Below, in pieces: positions 52,174 through 63,522 of a DNA stretch of 64,000 nucleotides. The position numbers and the translations under genes were made by a program. The notes below the pieces were generated by a model, which saw only the letters and a list, made by a program, of their open reading frames with translations, did not search any database and had not been told where the DNA came from. Source of the DNA: Trypanosoma brucei. Its lineage: Eukaryota. The stretch is from the NCBI GenBank assembly GCA_000002445.1, contig CP000066.1, positions 992,001 through 1,056,000 of the forward strand. Reading direction: 5' to 3'. Within the stretch, counting starts at the first letter, position 1. Each line of letters starts with the position of its first letter.

Positions 52174-54048
52174 TTGCAGAAAATGAGAAACATCTGGGTT
52201 TCTGTTCCCAACGGCCACGGACACGGACAAGGCGCAGCTGTCCCGGCCACGGATAATTCGTCGATATCTGCAGATTCCTCCCCGCCGTGTACCAAACGGA
52301 TGCGGCGTTATATAGCTCCAACCAGCGTAGACCTGCAACGCTGCCGAAAGGAAGAGCCGATTCCGATGCCGATGCCAGCGCCGTCACCTTCGACTATGCT
52401 TTCAGCTAAACAGTGGCCCCAACACATGCTTCAGGGCCGCGTGCATGTGGCAGCGACCTGTGGGCAACCCACAGTGACCGTTGGCTCCAAGTTAATTCCG
52501 CCATTTTCCACAGCGACCGTAAGAGTTGGCGGGCCGACTTTCAGAGCTGGTGTTACTGTTAGTGCGCCTCTGCAGCCTGTCCCTTTTCAAGGGCATCAAA
52601 GCCAGGAGCCGCGAGGGAAACATTTGTGCGTGCGGATGTATCTCCCACAGTCGGATCCTCCTCTGCAGTCGTGGTGTGACGTGCACCCAAACCCATTAAT
52701 AGGACTTCCAGGCCGAGTGACTAACGCACCCCCGATGGAGCGTGAGCCACCCAAATACTTCTGCGACCCGTGCCAGAAAGGGTACAACACACAAGAGCAG
52801 TATGACCGTCACATGAAGACTCACATTTGGTGCTCATTTCCCGGCTGCAAGTTCACCTGCCTGCGAAGCCGCGAGTGGAAGATGGAAGCGCACATTGAGA
52901 CTCTCCACAATAGGCCCGACGCGCCTAATCTCAGTGATGTGGGGGCCTACCTGGCGCAGCGCAGGGGCCGTTTTCCCACCCAGGATTCCGTCAAGGCTAA
53001 AATGGAGGAGCTCTTCTATAAGGCTTCAAGGGGAGTTGTGCTCCCGGATGATCGTAGACGGTGGCTTCGTCAACATGGTATTTTGGTGGGGAAGCGCCCG
53101 CGAACAGGGGAGAGTTACATTGTAACTAGTGCGTCACGAAATGCAAAGAAAGTGGTTTGCTCCGAGTCAGAAGATGTAAAGGCCAATGAGGGACGTGCCG
53201 ACACATCTGATGCACCGGAAACTCAACGGGTATGTGAAGAGGGATGTAGTGGTGCCAGTGACAGTTCTCAGTGCGACGGTAACCGTCTGCGTAATAAGGA
53301 GGATCCATCCGTTTCCGTTGGTCGAGGCGGTGAATGTGAGTCCGCCGACTGCACCGGGAGTGCGATTGAGCACCGTCAGCACAAACAGAAGGATCACAGT
53401 CGGCCAAGGAGGATTATACCCTGTGGTCCTAATGGTTCCCTTTCGAACGCTCAAAAGGTTCAACTTATACGCGAGCGTTACCGCGAGGCAAAAACTGTGC
53501 CACGGTTTTACGTATGTAGTTGCTGTGGCGAGAAGGGGCAGCATTGGGTAACTGACTGCCCAAAAAGGAGTGATCAAGTGTTTGAGCGGCGTATCGTATG
53601 GGGTGAGGAGCGACGGGACCCTCCGAAACCGAAACTCCGTGATGACAATATCGTACCAGCAATGACATCATGCAGTGAAGGGAATGCTGTTGTTGATGAG
53701 ACCGCTGCCGGACCGAGTAGCGGTGATGTTGGGGTTACCAGCGATGTGGCTGAGCCTTGGGTTGAGGATGTGGGCCCTCCGCCTGAGCTGCCGGCTAGAA
53801 GGGCATGTAACGAAGAGGACAGCCGCGTGCCCAACAACGCCGCGGAGGGAAGAGGAGGTGCAACTCACAAGTGTGGCGTCAAAGAGGAGAGAAGGCAACG
53901 GGCGCAGCGCCGTGATCATCGACGTGTCCCGCCTCCGCCACCCACATTGTTTGAGCGGCTTACGGAGGATCGGAACTCGGTGGAACACGGGCTTCTTCTG
54001 CAGGCGATACGTTTTTTTGTGAAGAGTAATTTCTTTGAGCCTCGTTAA
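52174..54048 (+). CDS. zinc-finger protein with C2H2 fingers and a CCHC-like zinc knuckle; the true start may be downstream
   Basis: FCDPCQKGYNTQEQYDRHMKTH is a canonical C-x2-C-x12-H-x3-H finger, followed by a second C2H2-like finger (CSFPGC...HIETLH). CSCCGEKGQHWVTDC is a variant knuckle (C-x2-C-x5-H-x4-C). Confidence 0.6.
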   Translation: MQKMRNIWVSVPNGHGHGQGAAVPATDNSSISADSSPPCTKRMRRYIAPTSVDLQRCRKEEPIPMPMPAPSPSTMLSAKQWPQHMLQGRVHVAATCGQPTVTVGSKLIPPFSTATVRVGGPTFRAGVTVSAPLQPVPFQGHQSQEPRGKHLCVRMYLPQSDPPLQSWCDVHPNPLIGLPGRVTNAPPMEREPPKYFCDPCQKGYNTQEQYDRHMKTHIWCSFPGCKFTCLRSREWKMEAHIETLHNRPDAPNLSDVGAYLAQRRGRFPTQDSVKAKMEELFYKASRGVVLPDDRRRWLRQHGILVGKRPRTGESYIVTSASRNAKKVVCSESEDVKANEGRADTSDAPETQRVCEEGCSGASDSSQCDGNRLRNKEDPSVSVGRGGECESADCTGSAIEHRQHKQKDHSRPRRIIPCGPNGSLSNAQKVQLIRERYREAKTVPRFYVCSCCGEKGQHWVTDCPKRSDQVFERRIVWGEERRDPPKPKLRDDNIVPAMTSCSEGNAVVDETAAGPSSGDVGVTSDVAEPWVEDVGPPPELPARRACNEEDSRVPNNAAEGRGGATHKCGVKEERRQRAQRRDHRRVPPPPPTLFERLTEDRNSVEHGLLLQAIRFFVKSNFFEPR

Positions 54049-55550
54049 GGCGTGAGCGGTACCGTAGGCTCCCCTTTCATGTGTTCCCACTGACACATCA
54101 TCTATGCCTGCATATGCATTTCTTTGTGGAGTGTAAAGTTTGAGAAAAAAGTATGCAATAATAAAAGGAAATGGGTGCGTGAGCGACTATGTGATGAGTT
54201 GCGGCGAAGTCCCCTTTTCCCTTTCTCTTTTTTTGTTCTTTTTTTTGTTCTCACGGTTGTTGAAGGGACTAATTTCTATACCTTTGTGTGTGTGTGTGTT
54301 TTCGTGCCGCTGGGAAGGGAACGAGTAAGATCAACGAAATAATAATAACACAAAAGTACTTTCGTCTGGCCCTTTTAATTCCTTATCTCCTTCTGCGTTT
54401 GCCACACTTTCCCAGTTCTTGTTTTTTTTTCGTGTTTTGTGGCTTCCATTGGGGTTTCTCAAGCGTATCGAGCGCATTGGATAGTGTTTGTTGAAATACC
54501 AGTGAGCTAACAACTGCAGTGGCGACGATAGTTGACGAGTGGTGCCGTGTTTGATGCCTTTCCTCATTTTTCCCTCATGTTGGGAAAGGGGATAATCTTA
54601 GTGCACATTTCATTCGCGTCGGTTCCCTAATTGTTCTCTCTTTTGTTATTTTCTTTTTAAATTGCAAATACTCTTTTTCTGCTTTTGGTGCAATATATGC
54701 TACTCCTCTCCACATTTTTTTAAAAAATAAAATATGCTTCGATTACCATAGGAACTGGGACAAGGTGGTGACATCGACGAGTAGCTGACGTAACATGTCC
54801 TCCTTTCATTCCATTATGTTCGCACATTTACACATGTGAATATCAATGACATGAAAATAGGAGAGTGTGGGGGGAATGATCTATAAGGAAAGGAAGGGGA
54901 AAAGCATTTCTGAGCGGGGTGTTACGCTTCTGATTTCCCTTTTGTTTTGTTTCTTTTCCGATACTCCCTCATTCGGAAGGCAAAAGAAAAATAGAAAAAA
55001 AATAGGGTCGCACAGAAATTAACGATGGCCATTCAACATTACCTCAGGGAAATGCACGGGGAACACTGGGACACAATAAAAAAACAAGACAAAAACAAAA
55101 AACAAATGCCGACGGGGATGACATCGCCAGCGGGAAGAGGAAGGTCGGGGTGCAGCATTGTTTTTTTTTCTTCTGTGTTAGCGCTTTCTCTCTTTCTCTT
55201 TATTTTTTTTCGCTTTGAAACTCTTCGCTAATATGGAGCTGTAAGTTTTACACATGGGTTTCTTTTGATTAATCATCTTTTGTGTGTAAACCACCATTTT
55301 GTGCTTTCCCCCCCTTTCCCATTCTTGGCGCTAAACACTGTTAATTGCCTCATTTGTTTCTTCCTCTTTTCCCCCTGCTTTTGTTTCTTTTCCCACCACC
55401 TGTTTCATAAATTAGAGACTTGAAGGGAGCACCAAAGTACGAACAGAAGTGTTTATTTTTTTTAATTTTTTTTTTTCGTTTTGCGAGTGAAGAGAAAAGA
55501 AGGAAAGAAAGAAAGAACGAAAAAAAAAAGAAAGCAAAACCAAGAGGAAT

Positions 55551-56081
55551 ATGTCGACTCAACTTATTTCCGGTGGTGAAGATGGGAGCCACTCCCAACT
55601 GATGGATTTGGTTCTAACGAATTGCAGCCGACCTCAAAGCCGCGCCTCCGACAATAAACAATCCACAGATGGTGTTGTACGTCTCACATCATATGTGGAT
55701 TTACCCAATCGTGACACGCTTCTGCCACCAATTGCAGAACCCAAAGGTGGTGTACCCGAAACTTCAGAGACACTTTTCCCTCGCCGTCTTGGATTTGATA
55801 TGATTGGCGTCAGCAGCGTTTCGGAGGAGATGTTACGCGACCTTTACGAAGTGTTTGATGTGCATCAAAGCGGTGGTGTTGAGCGCGGTGTTTTGCGGGA
55901 GATGATGCGCAGCGGCTTTTCACATTTTGGTGCGCCATGCAGTGATCGGGATCTCGATCGCTTTTTTGAGAATGTGACGCCGTTTCGTGTCCGCCGCCGC
56001 CGCACTCCAAAGGAAGGAGAGGTGGATGTTGTGCCTTTTAATGAATTCTGCGTGGCTTTTCTTTCGTGGCTGCGTCGGTAA
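55551..56081 (+). CDS. hypothetical protein (176 aa) with a possible EF-hand-like pair
   Basis: Polypyrimidine tract at 55260-55420, then a purine-rich leader and the ATG. LRDLYEVFDVHQSGGVERGVLREMM is weakly EF-hand-like. Low certainty. Confidence 0.4.
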   Translation: MSTQLISGGEDGSHSQLMDLVLTNCSRPQSRASDNKQSTDGVVRLTSYVDLPNRDTLLPPIAEPKGGVPETSETLFPRRLGFDMIGVSSVSEEMLRDLYEVFDVHQSGGVERGVLREMMRSGFSHFGAPCSDRDLDRFFENVTPFRVRRRRTPKEGEVDVVPFNEFCVAFLSWLRR

Positions 56082-58457
56082 TTACCATATATTTGCTGTC
56101 TAATAAAACAACGAGTGAAAAGGGACGGAAATCAGAATTGAAAAGAAAAAAGAAAAGAGAAGAGAAAATAAAAATGAAAGAAAGGGAGAAAGTAAACGAA
56201 AAAGAGGATAGTGATGTGGAGAGTCCAAACTCTGCACTCGGCTCTTTGTGTCGTTGTTTGTACGAATTCCGTATTGGAGAAAGCAAATGGTGGCAATTAG
56301 TGGCAAACAGACAAACAAACAAACGAGCAGGAAAAATAAAGAGAAGAGTGAAGGGCATTTGGGCGAGTTGAAAACATGTTGACTTCATTAGCGGAAGCTA
56401 ATGACGTGCAATTCTCAAACGCATTTTTAAATGTGCTTGACGTTTGACATACGCACAAACATATATATATATATATATATATGTTTATGTATATGTATTT
56501 TTAATATATCTTTCTAATTTCTTCTTTTCTTCAGCGCATATATGTATATAATACATGTGTCTACGTGTGTTCGGCGCGGGCTCGAATTGACCCAACGAAA
56601 GCAACGGGGAAAAATGGGGGAAAAGCAATTGAAAAAGAAAGTAGGGAGGAAACGAAGCAGACAATGAAAAGAAGGAAAACAAAATAAAGCCAACGAAAAA
56701 AGGAAGAGAGGTGAACATGAGGGGATTTCATGGTGGGGAGGGGGAAAAAAGGAATACGCGGCGTAACACCTTCTCTATGAGATCTGCAACGGCAAAAAAA
56801 AAAAAGAAATGGCGCGGAAAAAAAGAAGGGACTGTGACGGATTTGAGTCGTTCGGTTTATTCCTCTATTTTTTTTCTCTCCTCTTCTTATTTTGTTTAAA
56901 GTCTCTTTCTCTCTCTTACTCTCTCTTACTCCTCTCTTCCCCTCTTATTCTTTTTTGTTTTTTTACTTTATATATATTTTCTTGTATCGCATCTCCGCAT
57001 TTCAAAGAGGGTGGAGATGAGCATTTTTTCAGTGATAAACGGAAATAAACGAGGATTATGAACACGGATGATTACAACAAGAGAATAATAAAGAAAACAG
57101 TACGTACCAAAAAGAAAAAAAACAAAAGGCAAAGAGTTGAAAGGAAGAGGAAAGGAGCAGGGATGAGCGGGGAAGGAAAGGAAAAGAAGAAGAGAAGTGC
57201 ACTCATTTGTTGTTAAATTCTTTTAGGCACGAACTGAGCTGATGTTCGGTTTTTTTTTCTACTTTTACATGTTTGTTTCAACATTTTGTTTCGATTTTGA
57301 CTTATAAGTAATTATGTATTTGTGAAGGTTTAGTTGGGCGTGATACGTAAATAAATAAATATATATATATTCGTTTATGTATATATGTATGCGTGTACAC
57401 GTTTATGTGTGTGCACGTAACGCAACAAGTAAAGGAAAAGGGTTGCATTTCATGCGGCTCTCCGGGGGTTCCCCCATTTTCCTTCTTTCTTTCCTCTTGT
57501 ATTTTTTATTTGTTTTTTTCTCTTTTTTTTTCTTTCTCTTTATACCCTCTACTTCATTTCTTTATTTTTATTTATTTACCTATTTTATTTTTACTTTTTC
57601 CAGCCGTATTGTCCGTGCGTCCAAGTCACTTTTCGTTCGGTTCCTGCATCACTGCTTGTGTTATTTCATGAGTGTCTGTTTCTGTTTTCATCCTGTTTAG
57701 TATCATACACTAACCAAATATTTTCTTTCTCATATTTTCATGTATCTATGCATATTCCTACATATATGTCAGCTGCTGGTGGCAACGGGTGGAAGTACCG
57801 AAGACAAATTATGTATCAGAAGTTGTAGTAATGTGAAAAAAAAACAATGATTAGGTAAACACATATCAAAGGAAAAGCGTGTGTGCATGTGCTTCACAAA
57901 CCGTCGCATTTGTGATGATCGCAATTACGCATCACCTCCCCTCTCTACTCAAGCACTTCTTAAGGAGATTTTTTTTTTGTGAGGTTTTCACAAAATGCTA
58001 CTGCGAGAGTTACCGTTGTGCCGCTGCTGTTGTGCAACCTGTCGATATTGCAGCTTTAAATTATACCGTCACATGTGCAAAAATAAACCGGGCATACGCA
58101 TGGGAAGGTTATATGCACTTGGTGGAATGCAACGTGACCGAAGGCTCAAAGCTTTCGTAAATGAAACCATTATCGGTGCGTATATAATTGTATACATATA
58201 TATATATATATATACATACGTGTGTACGAGAGGTGTGTGTGTATCAGTGTGACGAGAGGAATCACTTGCTTCATAGCTATGGTAGCAAGGTGGTGTGTTT
58301 GCAACAGCTGCTACTGTTACTGCTCATGTGACCCGTGTGTTCACCTTTACCCTCTCTTTCATTACTCCTTGTTATCTTTCCTATATGAACCACGAGGTTC
58401 AAGACAAGCGCACTGCTAAACCGAAAGAACAAACAAGACATTCAACTCATATTGTAA

Positions 58458-58898
58458 TTGACGATGTCTGGCCTCACTAAGTATCTTCCTGGCGCAACCA
58501 ACCTGCTGTCCAAGTCGGGTGAAGTTTCACTGGGATCCCTCGTTGGGAAAACTGTGTTTCTTTACTTTTCTGCCTCCTGGTGCCCCCCATGCCGGGGTTT
58601 TACACCGGTCCTCGCCGAGTTCTACGAGAAGCATCATGTGGCGAAAAACTTCGAAGTCGTGCTGATTTCCTGGGATGAAAACGAGAGCGACTTCCATGAT
58701 TACTACGGCAAGATGCCATGGCTCGCTCTCCCATTTGACCAACGCTCGACAGTTTCGGAATTGGGCAAGACATTTGGCGTGGAATCCATTCCGACTCTTA
58801 TCACAATCAATGCTGATACCGGTGCCATCATTGGCACTCAGGCCCGTACCCGTGTCATTGAGGATCCCGATGGTGCCAACTTTCCGTGGCCCAACTGA
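58458..58898 (+). CDS. TXN: tryparedoxin, tandem copy 1 (thioredoxin-fold oxidoreductase of the trypanothione system); the likely translational start is the internal Met at 58464 (144 aa)
   Basis: WCPPCR active site. The sequence from MSGL... to ...FPWPN is the length and composition of trypanosomatid tryparedoxin as I remember it. Confidence 0.9.
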   Translation: MTMSGLTKYLPGATNLLSKSGEVSLGSLVGKTVFLYFSASWCPPCRGFTPVLAEFYEKHHVAKNFEVVLISWDENESDFHDYYGKMPWLALPFDQRSTVSELGKTFGVESIPTLITINADTGAIIGTQARTRVIEDPDGANFPWPN

Positions 58899-59542
58899 GA
58901 TGCCATGCTGTCTGTGAAGGAAGTGATAAGTATTGATGAAGTACGGTATGGTGTGGGGCATCTGGTGTGGAAGCACTAGTTATTCGGGAGCAAGAAAATA
59001 AGTAAGTGAAAAGTACAGAGCGAACAGGAGGGAGGGAATGAAAGTGAAAATGCTACGGAACTGAGCAGTAAGCGAAAATGGAAAATATGCTTTTGTGCCA
59101 GGGGAACATTTGTCATGCGGTCCTGCGTGTGTTTTTGTCGGATATCTCGTCATCCATCTTGCGGAGTTTTGTTTATTGCTCTTTGTTTCGGGGTTGGATT
59201 CCTGTTGTGCAGGGGTCCTGTTCCTCACACTTTTGTCATTACATATGTTCTGACCGGCACGCGCCATAATCTTCTGTGGCGTGGTTTGAATCGGTGTGGG
59301 GATATGAGCAGGAGCGGTAAGATATTGAGATATGACGAAATATTGCCTTTACAAATGCTTTCCCACCAGTTTCTTGGTATAGCTGTGTGATTACATATCC
59401 TTTGCGTGTGGGATTGAATTTCACTACGGTCAGTGGAAGCACACGCGTAACTGTTTATTCGCCATCTCTTTCCCTTCCTTCTTCACGTGACGAAGTTGAT
59501 TGATACAAGCAATAACAGGATTCAGAGAGCAGTTTTGTAACC

Positions 59543-60403
59543 ATGAGTGCAACAGAGGCGGTTGTTGAGCCGAAGGCTCCCGATGTATGCACAGAAGCGA
59601 ATGAGAGACCCCCCACGGAGAGTGGTGTGGCTGCTCCTGTGAAGCGCCTGTTCGACCTTCTTCAGGAAGACTCCAAGGAGCGTGTGGTTCGGTTGCTGAC
59701 GGCCTTTCGTGAACTCACATTGCTGGAGCAGGAGTCACTGGCGCAGGAGATGGGCGTAACACTCCCAAAGGAGGAGAAATGGCGGGCACCGTGTCCTCTG
59801 ATTGCACGGCAGCCGTCTGGTCCGTCGCTGGAAGTGCGGCGCCGGGATCCCAGTTATGTGGCATTGTGTCCGTCTGTATCTTCCGCCCTCCGTGAGTTAG
59901 GATCGAAAGAGGCTGCCCGTCGCCTCCCGGATGCGGACTTGCGGAAGTTGGTGGAGGGGGCTCTGGGAGAGGACGGCGTGTACTTGACGGTTCCCGAGTC
60001 TGATGGAGAAGGGTGTGCTGCTGCTTCCGAGCGGGTGGGAGTGGTGGATGACGGCAAGCCACCGCTGCTGGTGCGCAGCCGCTGTTATCAGGCGCTGCGG
60101 CTTGCACGCGATGAAGAGATCGAGACGGACGCTCAATACACAAGGCCAAGGGTGCTGAATGTCACTGGCATTCCATTGGAAGAAAGTGACGTGTGGGAAT
60201 GGTTTAACTTGCTGGACGTAGCGCGGAACGGTACTGTGGGTGTGGATGCTTTCCTGACGAGTGTCCGTGAGCTTGATCGCGGGTTTGGAACAAGCAGCAA
60301 GGTACAGGAAGCGTTCGAGGATGAATCACGTTCCCTCTCGGTCGATGGGCAGCTCTCTTTTGATAAGTTCGCGTATTTGGTGACACGGTTCTCTAGGTAC
60401 TAA
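59543..60403 (+). CDS. hypothetical protein (286 aa), copy 1 of the duplicated pair; weak EF-hand-like C-terminus
   Basis: A long ORF within the duplicated unit is conserved identically in copy 2. DVARNGTVGVDAF and VDGQLSFDKF are loosely EF-hand-loop-like. Confidence 0.55.
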   Translation: MSATEAVVEPKAPDVCTEANERPPTESGVAAPVKRLFDLLQEDSKERVVRLLTAFRELTLLEQESLAQEMGVTLPKEEKWRAPCPLIARQPSGPSLEVRRRDPSYVALCPSVSSALRELGSKEAARRLPDADLRKLVEGALGEDGVYLTVPESDGEGCAAASERVGVVDDGKPPLLVRSRCYQALRLARDEEIETDAQYTRPRVLNVTGIPLEESDVWEWFNLLDVARNGTVGVDAFLTSVRELDRGFGTSSKVQEAFEDESRSLSVDGQLSFDKFAYLVTRFSRY

Positions 60404-61576
60404 GTGATGCTTGTCCGCATGTGAAATGGGAACGGTTGTCCGCAGAATGGATGGGACGGGCTGACAGTTTCCATATCTTCATGCCTTCTGTTAGTCTCAC
60501 GCCCTGCTCAGCGCGCAATGTAAACTGCCGTTTTCTTTATTGTTTCCGAGTTGTCCGGAAGTAGTGAAGGCAACACGATGTATGTACGATATGGAAAGCG
60601 TGGGTAGAGTTTTTTATTTTTACACGTGTAGGAAGTGACACAGTATGGTGAGAGTTTCCAGCCGTGACATTACCGCCCTTTCTTTGGTGATGCATGTAAA
60701 GTTCCCTTTTGATTCATGTAGTTTAGGTGTGTGGGGCTGTGCAACGAGAAGTTATCTAACACGTAGTGTTGTAGCGTATTGTGGGTTTGCACACTGTTGG
60801 AAGTACTGTAAAATCTTTGTTTGTTTCCAATATCCTGTTTGTTAGTAATATTATTCTACTCTGAGCACTTCTTCGCAACTATTACCATTCAATTGATATG
60901 GCAGTCGTGGTGTCACAGCTTTATCTCGGTGTTTGTTCGTTTTTTTCATTTTTCCTTCGATTTCGCATACTGTATCTGTAATTCGGTTAAATGATTTTTT
61001 TGTAGATATGGTGTTTTTCTGCTGTCGGTAGCGATCGGGGACTGGTGGTTACACCGTTGATGGACTGTTCGTGGCATTATGTTGTCGATAACATAAAACT
61101 TCAGCAATAGCACCTGGCACCGCCACGACGTGCGGTGCAATCACCTTACACGCTTAGCTGGCCCAACTGGTCGCCGTAATTTTGGTGTGTGTGGATTTTT
61201 TAAATTTTCTTTTCTCGATATAGTCCTCTCTCAAATGCCACAAAGGTGCTAACCACATGGTAGTGGTGGCTCCCTACTTCTCTTATGTTCATGCGAGTGG
61301 ATGGTGTGCTGTTACAAGGGCTTGGACTGCGTGTGTACGTGTGTACGAGAGGTGTGTGTGTATCAGTGTGACGAGAGGAATCACTTGCTTCATAGCTATG
61401 GTAGCAAGGTGGTGTGTTTGCAACAGCTGCTACTGTTACTGCTCATGTGACCCGTGTGTTCACCTTTACCCTCTCTTTCATTACTCCTTGTTATCTTTCC
61501 TATATGAACCACGAGGTTCAAGACAAGCGCACTGCTAAACCGAAAGAACAAACAAGACATTCAACTCATATTGTAA

Positions 61577-62017
61577 TTGACGATGTCTGGCCTCGCTAAG
61601 TATCTTCCTGGCGCAACCAACCTGCTGTCCAAGTCGGGTGAAGTTTCACTGGGATCCCTCGTTGGGAAAACTGTGTTTCTTTACTTTTCTGCCTCCTGGT
61701 GCCCCCCATGCCGGGGTTTTACACCGGTCCTCGCCGAGTTCTACGAGAAGCATCATGTGGCGAAAAACTTCGAAGTCGTGCTGATTTCCTGGGATGAAAA
61801 CGAGAGCGACTTCCATGATTACTACGGCAAGATGCCATGGCTCGCTCTCCCATTTGACCAACGCTCGACAGTTTCGGAATTGGGCAAGACATTTGGCGTG
61901 GAATCCATTCCGACTCTTATCACAATCAATGCTGATACCGGTGCCATCATTGGCACTCAGGCCCGTACCCGTGTCATTGAGGATCCCGATGGTGCCAACT
62001 TTCCGTGGCCCAACTGA
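61577..62017 (+). CDS. TXN: tryparedoxin, tandem copy 2; differs from copy 1 by Thr6Ala (counted from MSGL)
   Basis: Identical to copy 1 except act->gct at 61595. WCPPCR motif. Confidence 0.9.
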   Translation: MTMSGLAKYLPGATNLLSKSGEVSLGSLVGKTVFLYFSASWCPPCRGFTPVLAEFYEKHHVAKNFEVVLISWDENESDFHDYYGKMPWLALPFDQRSTVSELGKTFGVESIPTLITINADTGAIIGTQARTRVIEDPDGANFPWPN

Positions 62018-62661
62018 GATGCCATGCTGTCTGTGAAGGAAGTGATAAGTATTGATGAAGTACGGTATGGTGTGGGGCATCTGGTGTGGAAGCACTAGTT
62101 ATTCGGGAGCAAGAAAATAAGTAAGTGAAAAGTACAGAGCGAACAGGAGGGAGGGAATGAAAGTGAAAATGCTACGGAACTGAGCAGTAAGCGAAAATGG
62201 AAAATATGCTTTTGTGCCAGGGGAACATTTGTCATGCGGTCCTGCGTGTGTTTTTGTCGGATATCTCGTCATCCATCTTGCGGAGTTTTGTTTATTGCTC
62301 TTTGTTTCGGGGTTGGATTCCTGTTGTGCAGGGGTCCTGTTCCTCACACTTTTGTCATTACATATGTTCTGACCGGCACGCGCCATAATCTTCTGTGGCG
62401 TGGTTTGAATCGGTGTGGGGATATGAGCAGGAGCGGTAAGATATTGAGATATGACGAAATATTGCCTTTACAAATGCTTTCCCACCAGTTTCTTGGTATA
62501 GCTGTGTGATTACATATCCTTTGCGTGTGGGATTGAATTTCACTACGGTCAGTGGAAGCACACGCGTAACTGTTTATTCGCCATCTCTTTCCCTTCCTTC
62601 TTCACGTGACGAAGTTGATTGATACAAGCAATAACAGGATTCAGAGAGCAGTTTTGTAACC

Positions 62662-63522
62662 ATGAGTGCAACAGAGGCGGTTGTTGAGCCGAAGGCTCCC
62701 GATGTATGCACAGAAGCGAATGAGAGACCCCCCACGGAGAGTGGTGTGGCTGCTCCTGTGAAGCGCCTGTTCGACCTTCTTCAGGAAGACTCCAAGGAGC
62801 GTGTGGTTCGGTTGCTGACGGCCTTTCGTGAACTCACATTGCTGGAGCAGGAGTCACTGGCGCAGGAGATGGGCGTAACACTCCCAAAGGAGGAGAAATG
62901 GCGGGCACCGTGTCCTCTGATTGCACGGCAGCCGTCTGGTCCGTCGCTGGAAGTGCGGCGCCGGGATCCCAGTTATGTGGCATTGTGTCCGTCTGTATCT
63001 TCCGCCCTCCGTGAGTTAGGATCGAAAGAGGCTGCCCGTCGCCTCCCGGATGCGGACTTGCGGAAGTTGGTGGAGGGGGCTCTGGGAGAGGACGGCGTGT
63101 ACTTGACGGTTCCCGAGTCTGATGGAGAAGGGTGTGCTGCTGCTTCCGAGCGGGTGGGAGTGGTGGATGACGGCAAGCCACCGCTGCTGGTGCGCAGCCG
63201 CTGTTATCAGGCGCTGCGGCTTGCACGCGATGAAGAGATCGAGACGGACGCTCAATACACAAGGCCAAGGGTGCTGAATGTCACTGGCATTCCATTGGAA
63301 GAAAGTGACGTGTGGGAATGGTTTAACTTGCTGGACGTAGCGCGGAACGGTACTGTGGGTGTGGATGCTTTCCTGACGAGTGTCCGTGAGCTTGATCGCG
63401 GGTTTGGAACAAGCAGCAAGGTACAGGAAGCGTTCGAGGATGAATCACGTTCCCTCTCGGTCGATGGGCAGCTCTCTTTTGATAAGTTCGCGTATTTGGT
63501 GACACGGTTCTCTAGGTACTAA
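62662..63522 (+). CDS. hypothetical protein (286 aa), copy 2; protein identical to 59543..60403
   Basis: Same translation as copy 1, with an exact 3119-nt offset. Confidence 0.55.
   Translation: MSATEAVVEPKAPDVCTEANERPPTESGVAAPVKRLFDLLQEDSKERVVRLLTAFRELTLLEQESLAQEMGVTLPKEEKWRAPCPLIARQPSGPSLEVRRRDPSYVALCPSVSSALRELGSKEAARRLPDADLRKLVEGALGEDGVYLTVPESDGEGCAAASERVGVVDDGKPPLLVRSRCYQALRLARDEEIETDAQYTRPRVLNVTGIPLEESDVWEWFNLLDVARNGTVGVDAFLTSVRELDRGFGTSSKVQEAFEDESRSLSVDGQLSFDKFAYLVTRFSRY

Larger units (their letters stand above)
58218..61336 (+). repeat. tandem duplication unit 1 (period 3119 bp): tryparedoxin + 286-aa hypothetical gene + spacer
   Basis: Sequence from 58218 recurs from 61337 with essentially perfect identity over ~2.48 kb (to ~60700/63815). 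The last ~640 bp of unit 1 (60700-61336) has no counterpart in unit 2 before the window ends. Confidence 0.85.
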
